Assembly: GCA_038042445.1 (NCBI GenBank)
Contig: JBBTED010000142.1
Location: forward strand, 1-32,924
Length of the DNA: 32,924 nucleotides
From: Candidatus Firestoneibacteriota bacterium
GTDB taxonomy: Bacteria; Oederibacteriota; D2-FULL-39-29; JBBTED01
Direction of reading: 5' to 3'
Every line of letters begins with the position of its first letter. The first letter of the stretch is position 1. Below, one piece after another: positions 29,018 to 32,924 of this stretch. Position numbers and translations under genes: made by a program. Below the pieces are notes generated by a model that made no database searches, was not told where the DNA came from, and saw nothing but the letters and a program-made list of their open reading frames with translations.

Positions 29018-29798
29018 TAATAATTGCTCGCCATTTTTCATTGATTTTTCCTTTTCGATTGTTGGTGAATGATATCAAGGATGTTTTCTTAACACTCCTC
29101 TCAAGCGATTTCAACAAAGCATCTCTCACGCCTGCGCTCTCTAAAATAAAACCTATGCGCTTACGTGTCTTAATTTTGGGAAATCTGATGGTATAATCAA
29201 TCAGTTTCTTAATATCGCACTTCTTCTCTTTAACAAACCTTTTCAAAATATCTGACGCAGAATCAATTCCACCCACAGGCTTATTGTAATCAATTAAGTC
29301 AACCAATGTTCTCTCTTTTGAACTTACAATAGTATCCCTTCCTTTGATATTGATTGTTTCCTGACCATACATCCTATCAGAAGTGATTTTTACAAACTTA
29401 AAAGATAACCCGGCTATTATTCTCTCCCGAGATATCCTTAGATTTAACACATAAACCGTCTGGAATTGTTGGTCTGTAAAATTATAATAATTAAACATCG
29501 TTGAATAGCCGAGATAGTAATCGTTTTTGGGAAAGAAAACGGTTGGGATAAGAAACTCACTGACTCGTCGTCCTGTCGAAACAGCTTCCAAAGGTACAAA
29601 TATATAAACCCCGTTTTTAATAGGAATCAGAATCCGCTTTTTCTTAAGGCTGTAGACTAACTGGTTTCGATATGAGAAATCTGCCGGAAGATACGAATCC
29701 AGCTCTTTCGCAGTTACAATATCTTTTTCTTCATATGTAAGCCGAGCGATAATTTCAACCTCTGTTTTGCTTAATGAACTCATTGTATTTTTGTTCAT
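29001..29798 (-). CDS. AbiEi-type antitoxin / transcriptional regulator (type IV TA)
   Basis: N-terminal wHTH-like region (LKKK..LIPIKNGVY), YYLGY, SSKERTLVD, KRIGFILE; AGGAG RBS before ATG 29798; overlaps the AbiEii gene. Confidence 0.85.
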   Translation of the reverse strand: MNKNTMSSLSKTEVEIIARLTYEEKDIVTAKELDSYLPADFSYRNQLVYSLKKKRILIPIKNGVYIFVPLEAVSTGRRVSEFLIPTVFFPKNDYYLGYSTMFNYYNFTDQQFQTVYVLNLRISRERIIAGLSFKFVKITSDRMYGQETINIKGRDTIVSSKERTLVDLIDYNKPVGGIDSASDILKRFVKEKKCDIKKLIDYTIRFPKIKTRKRIGFILESAGVRDALLKSLERSVKKTSLISFTNNRKGKINEKWRAIINDPQR

Positions 29799-29908
29799 TG
29801 ATAATACTCCTATAATTATTTTTAAGTAACAAACATACAACACTAAAATAACACATTTTCCCTACAAGTCAATAAAAATCTACCGATTGTCAAATAAAAT
29901 TTAGGAGC

Positions 29909-29942
29909 AATTCTAGGAACACAACAGTTATCTCTTCTTTTT
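29909..29942. repeat. Right copy of the 34-bp imperfect direct repeat
   Basis: aattctaggaacacaacagttatctcttcttttt, lying 7 nt past the stop of the TPR-HEAT gene. Confidence 0.8.
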
Positions 29943-29949
29943 AACTAGA

Positions 29950-31275
29950 TTATTTTAGGGCTTCTTCGATTTGGGTGACTAATTCGGAGTTTAGTTCGTC
30001 TCGTTTTGTTTCAAGGGTTTTTGATAAGGATTTTCGTATCATACTTTGGACTTTTTCTTCTTTGTCTGCAAAAAATTCAAGTAGTAAAATCGTGCTTTTT
30101 TCTGTGGCTATTTCACCAAGTGCCCAAGCAGCACTGGATCTCATCCACTTGTCTTTATCTTTAAGCATTTGTTTTAATATATCCAATGCTCTTGCAACAT
30201 CATACTTATATAATGCTTTTGCAGCATTTGCACGAACACGATTACTTGTATCTACTAATAATGGTTCTATTACTTTAACTGCCTCTTCTACGTTTTCTTT
30301 AGTTTTTTCTTCCTCAAATTGCCCTTCGATTATTTCAACACCTTTTGCACGAACACGAGCATTTGGATCATCTAACATTTTCACAGCATCATTCTGAGGT
30401 GCCAATAATACAGCATTACGCCCTTGAGCACGCAAGAAATCCTGAAGCAATCCAATAACTTGTTCTTCACGACGCATAAGTATCTGCTCCTGATTTGCAA
30501 GCCTTGATTTTGCATATCTTCTGAAAGTAAAAAAAAGAAAATATAAAATTATAGCAACTATAATTGCCGCAGCTAAAGCAATATAAACTGCAAATTTACC
30601 ATATACATCTCTTTGTGTTTTATAAGTATCAACCAACTGGTCATCTCTCTGTGTCAATGCCTTAATATATTCTTTATGCTCAGTTTTAGAATCTTTAAGT
30701 AAATCTACAATTGCTTCCTGTGGTTTAATAAATGACTCTATTAATTTTGCCTGTTGTTTTTGAAAAGAATCTACTAATGATGTCATTGCATCATATCTTT
30801 CTGTAGTAACAGTTGCAGAAGATTTTACTTCAGGAACAGCTTTTTCTTCAAACGTCTTAACAACTTCTGGTTGTGATTTTGCAGGATATAACTCCTGATT
30901 TGTCAATGCATACATTTTGTTTATATTTGCATTATTTGAATCTAATTGTTTGGCCTTTTCAAAATAAGATAAAGCATCTTTGTAGTTTTTCTTTGAATAT
31001 TCCTGTGAACCACGTTCCACTAATACTTTTACAAGTAATGCTTTTGCTTTCCCAAAATTCGGTTCAAATTCTAAGGCCTTCTCTAAATCTGCAATTAGCC
31101 CTTCAATGTTTCCAGTTAAATATTTTTGCACTCCTCTGTCAAAATACACATCAGACAGTTTTTTCTGCTGGGCGAAACTTGTCCCTGCAGGCAATAAGCA
31201 GAGAACAGAAGTAGAAATAAACAAAAACAAAAGTACAAAATTGAGAATTTTGATTTTAATGTTATGATTTTGCAT
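29950..31275 (-). CDS. Membrane protein: signal peptide, TPRs, coiled coil, TM helix, C-terminal HEAT repeats
   Basis: Hydrophobic N-terminus; LEKALEFEP and FEKAKQLDS TPR-like units; FAVYIALAAAIIVAIILYFLFF TM; DPNARVRA, RVRANAAKAL, WMRSSAAWALGEI HEAT units. Start uncertain (31275 or 31293). Confidence 0.75.
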   Translation of the reverse strand: MQNHNIKIKILNFVLLFLFISTSVLCLLPAGTSFAQQKKLSDVYFDRGVQKYLTGNIEGLIADLEKALEFEPNFGKAKALLVKVLVERGSQEYSKKNYKDALSYFEKAKQLDSNNANINKMYALTNQELYPAKSQPEVVKTFEEKAVPEVKSSATVTTERYDAMTSLVDSFQKQQAKLIESFIKPQEAIVDLLKDSKTEHKEYIKALTQRDDQLVDTYKTQRDVYGKFAVYIALAAAIIVAIILYFLFFTFRRYAKSRLANQEQILMRREEQVIGLLQDFLRAQGRNAVLLAPQNDAVKMLDDPNARVRAKGVEIIEGQFEEEKTKENVEEAVKVIEPLLVDTSNRVRANAAKALYKYDVARALDILKQMLKDKDKWMRSSAAWALGEIATEKSTILLLEFFADKEEKVQSMIRKSLSKTLETKRDELNSELVTQIEEALK

Positions 31276-31287
31276 TTTTATTGCACG

Positions 31288-31305
31288 ACCCACTAAAGTG
31301 GGTAC
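31288..31305. repeat. Short REP-like hairpin
   Basis: ACCCACT-AA-AGTGGGT palindrome followed by AC; TAAA centre as in the other REP-like units. Confidence 0.5.
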
Positions 31306-31319
31306 CCCGAATCCTTGCC

Positions 31320-32741
31320 CTACTTATTTATTTCAATTAGATCGCTTACTTTCTTAGCCAATCCACCTGCTTCTTCATTTTCAGGATTTATTGTCAACAC
31401 CTTGAGTAATTCCACTTGTGCTTTATCATACTCTTTCAAAGATATATGCTCTTTTGCTTTAGTTAAATGCTCAATTTCCAATTCTTTTCGTATATCTGAA
31501 TATAATTTTTCTGCTACCTGTATTTCATCTATTCCTTCACGTTCTTTTCCTTCTAACAAATATTGCAACCCTGATTCAAAATGTCCATACGCTTCTTTTT
31601 TGCGATTCATAAAATTAATTTCATCAAGTAGTTTTTTTGCTTTGGAATCTTCCGGGACAATTCTTAAAACTTCATTTGCTTTTAAAAGAGCAGTTTCATA
31701 ATCTTTTTCATTATATGCTTTTAGTGCTTCCTGATAGTATCCCCCAATTTCAATTTTTATGCGATTTTCTTCTAATGCTTTCTCCTCTTGCGTCAGCAAA
31801 AGCCCAAATCTAACTGCCAAACTAAATCTATGCGTTAAACCTAAATCTTGAATTCCAATTGCATAATCAAATAAAATATTATGTGCATCTGCACCAATAC
31901 CACAAGTTATCTCTTTATAATTTATACCAGCTCTTGCAGAAAACACATCAAACATTTTATATTCTGCACCAACATACCACCTTAATGGCAATTTAACAGA
32001 ATCATTGTAAAGATCTTTTTTGGGAAACAAATTTAACATGCTTACATCTACAGTTCCTAATAATTGTTCATCAAAAAATTTATGTGCAACACCTACTCTT
32101 AAATTAGAAGGCAAAGTATCAGTTTCATCTTTTAATTTTAACTTTGCAGGCAAAATATTTTGCAACATAATACCTGTTGAAAATAACTTGTTGATTTTAT
32201 ACATTCCACCTAAATCAATACCATATCCTGTATCTGAATAAATATCAAAACTTTGTGACACAAGTTTAAAATTCACACCAGCACTTATATCATTATTAAA
32301 CTTATAGGCATAAGAAAGCATATAAGTTGCCTGACTATCTTTCATATCACCAATTTTTCCACCAGATGAATCTGTTTTTTCAATATCTTCCATATCAAAT
32401 CCTACTCTTGAAATTCCAATTACATGAGAATCAGTTATAGGATGTGCATAACCAATATAACTAAATGCTGTTCCTTCAAATAATTTAGAATATAAAAAAG
32501 AACCTTCTTTATAGGATAACTGTGAAATACCCGCAGGATTCCAATAAGATGCGCCTGAATCATCTGCAATTGCAGTATATGCCATACCTAAAGCAGATGC
32601 TCGTGCATTCGCACTAAAATTAAAAAGATAGCTTCCTGCAAAACCCGCATCATCTGTGATTTGTTTGTAGGCAAAAACATTATTAGATAATAGCATAAGA
32701 CTTCCTAATATTATTATTAAAAACAGTTTTATATTTTTCAT
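31320..32741 (-). CDS. PorV/PorQ-like outer-membrane beta-barrel with C-terminal TPR domain
   Basis: Signal peptide; ARASALGMAYTAIADD..ASYWNPAGI signature; alternating beta-strand pattern ending THRFSLAVRFG; then helical TPR repeats. Confidence 0.8.
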   Translation of the reverse strand: MKNIKLFLIIILGSLMLLSNNVFAYKQITDDAGFAGSYLFNFSANARASALGMAYTAIADDSGASYWNPAGISQLSYKEGSFLYSKLFEGTAFSYIGYAHPITDSHVIGISRVGFDMEDIEKTDSSGGKIGDMKDSQATYMLSYAYKFNNDISAGVNFKLVSQSFDIYSDTGYGIDLGGMYKINKLFSTGIMLQNILPAKLKLKDETDTLPSNLRVGVAHKFFDEQLLGTVDVSMLNLFPKKDLYNDSVKLPLRWYVGAEYKMFDVFSARAGINYKEITCGIGADAHNILFDYAIGIQDLGLTHRFSLAVRFGLLLTQEEKALEENRIKIEIGGYYQEALKAYNEKDYETALLKANEVLRIVPEDSKAKKLLDEINFMNRKKEAYGHFESGLQYLLEGKEREGIDEIQVAEKLYSDIRKELEIEHLTKAKEHISLKEYDKAQVELLKVLTINPENEEAGGLAKKVSDLIEINK

Positions 32742-32758
32742 TTTTTAGCGCAAAAAAC

Positions 32759-32779
32759 TGCCGATAAATCGGCAACTAC
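32759..32779. repeat. GTAG-type REP-like hairpin
   Basis: TGCCGAT-AA-ATCGGCA-ACTAC; reverse complement GTAGTTGCCGATTTATCGGCA. Confidence 0.7.
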
Positions 32780-32786
32780 AATTCAT

Positions 32787-32807
32787 AAATGACACGTCGT
32801 GTCATTT
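32787..32807. repeat. Palindrome overlapping the upstream gene's stop codon
   Basis: AAATGACACG-T-CGTGTCATTT, perfect 10-bp arms. Confidence 0.6.
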
Positions 32808-32924
32808 TATTATACCGATTTTACGAATTTCTTTTTTCACTCCTGAACCATCTGTTGGCTCTGCAATTATCTGGCATATATATCCACCATTTGCAACAAT
32901 CATTCCATACCCATTTCTTCCATC
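32802..32924 (-). CDS. 3' end of a probable secreted protein with FlgD-Ig / CTD-like C-terminal domain (partial)
   Basis: Open frame DGRNGYGMIVANGGYICQIIAEPTDGSGVKKEIRKIGIIK*, matching the (W)DG.N..G..V..G.Y...K pattern of such domains. Confidence 0.7.
   Translation of the reverse strand, partial: DGRNGYGMIVANGGYICQIIAEPTDGSGVKKEIRKIGIIK

Larger units (their letters stand above)
19478..29942. mobile_element. Putative integrase-less defence island bounded by direct repeats
   Basis: Flanking direct repeats; only defence-type genes inside; by eye more G+C and CG dinucleotides than the flanks (not computed). Confidence 0.6.

Noticed and set aside
29845..29893. Promoter for the AbiE operon (TTGACT or TTGACA on the minus strand)
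   Set aside because: -35-like hexamers exist but the matching -10 (TATTTT at 16 nt) is weak; not called as a feature.
430..32241. All plus-strand ORFs in the track (60-158 aa)
   Set aside because: They lie antisense to well-supported minus-strand genes, show no recognisable motifs, and read like reverse-frame shadows.
75..32807. CRISPR array interpretation of the palindromic repeats
   Set aside because: No run of identical repeats separated by unique spacers of regular length, and no cas genes.

Overview
AT-rich bacterial chromosomal window in which every credible gene lies on the minus strand. Read in transcription order (right to left), it holds: (1) the 3' end of a gene ending in a FlgD-Ig/CTD-like domain, a PorV/PorQ-like beta-barrel with a TPR tail, and a TPR-TM-HEAT membrane protein; (2) a ~10.4 kb defence cassette (AbiEi-AbiEii-RadC-HsdM-YhcG-HsdS-HEPN-HsdR) that is tightly translationally coupled, has no integrase, and is bracketed by a 34-bp imperfect direct repeat (19478-19511 / 29909-29942), followed by a Fic gene; (3) miaB; (4) a surface-glycan cluster (GT2, B12 radical SAM, Wzx flippase, GT9, two GT4); (5) def-fmt-htpX; (6) two related GT4 genes, one fused to a glycosidase-like domain; (7) the str operon rpsL-rpsG-fusA-tuf(partial), with its own near-consensus promoter and a structured leader. 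Many intergenic gaps contain short palindromes or heptamer arrays. One palindrome family also occurs in-frame inside fmt. The GT9 and outer-membrane barrel suggest a diderm organism; taxonomy cannot be fixed from the sequence. All family assignments come from motif recognition by eye, not from database searches.
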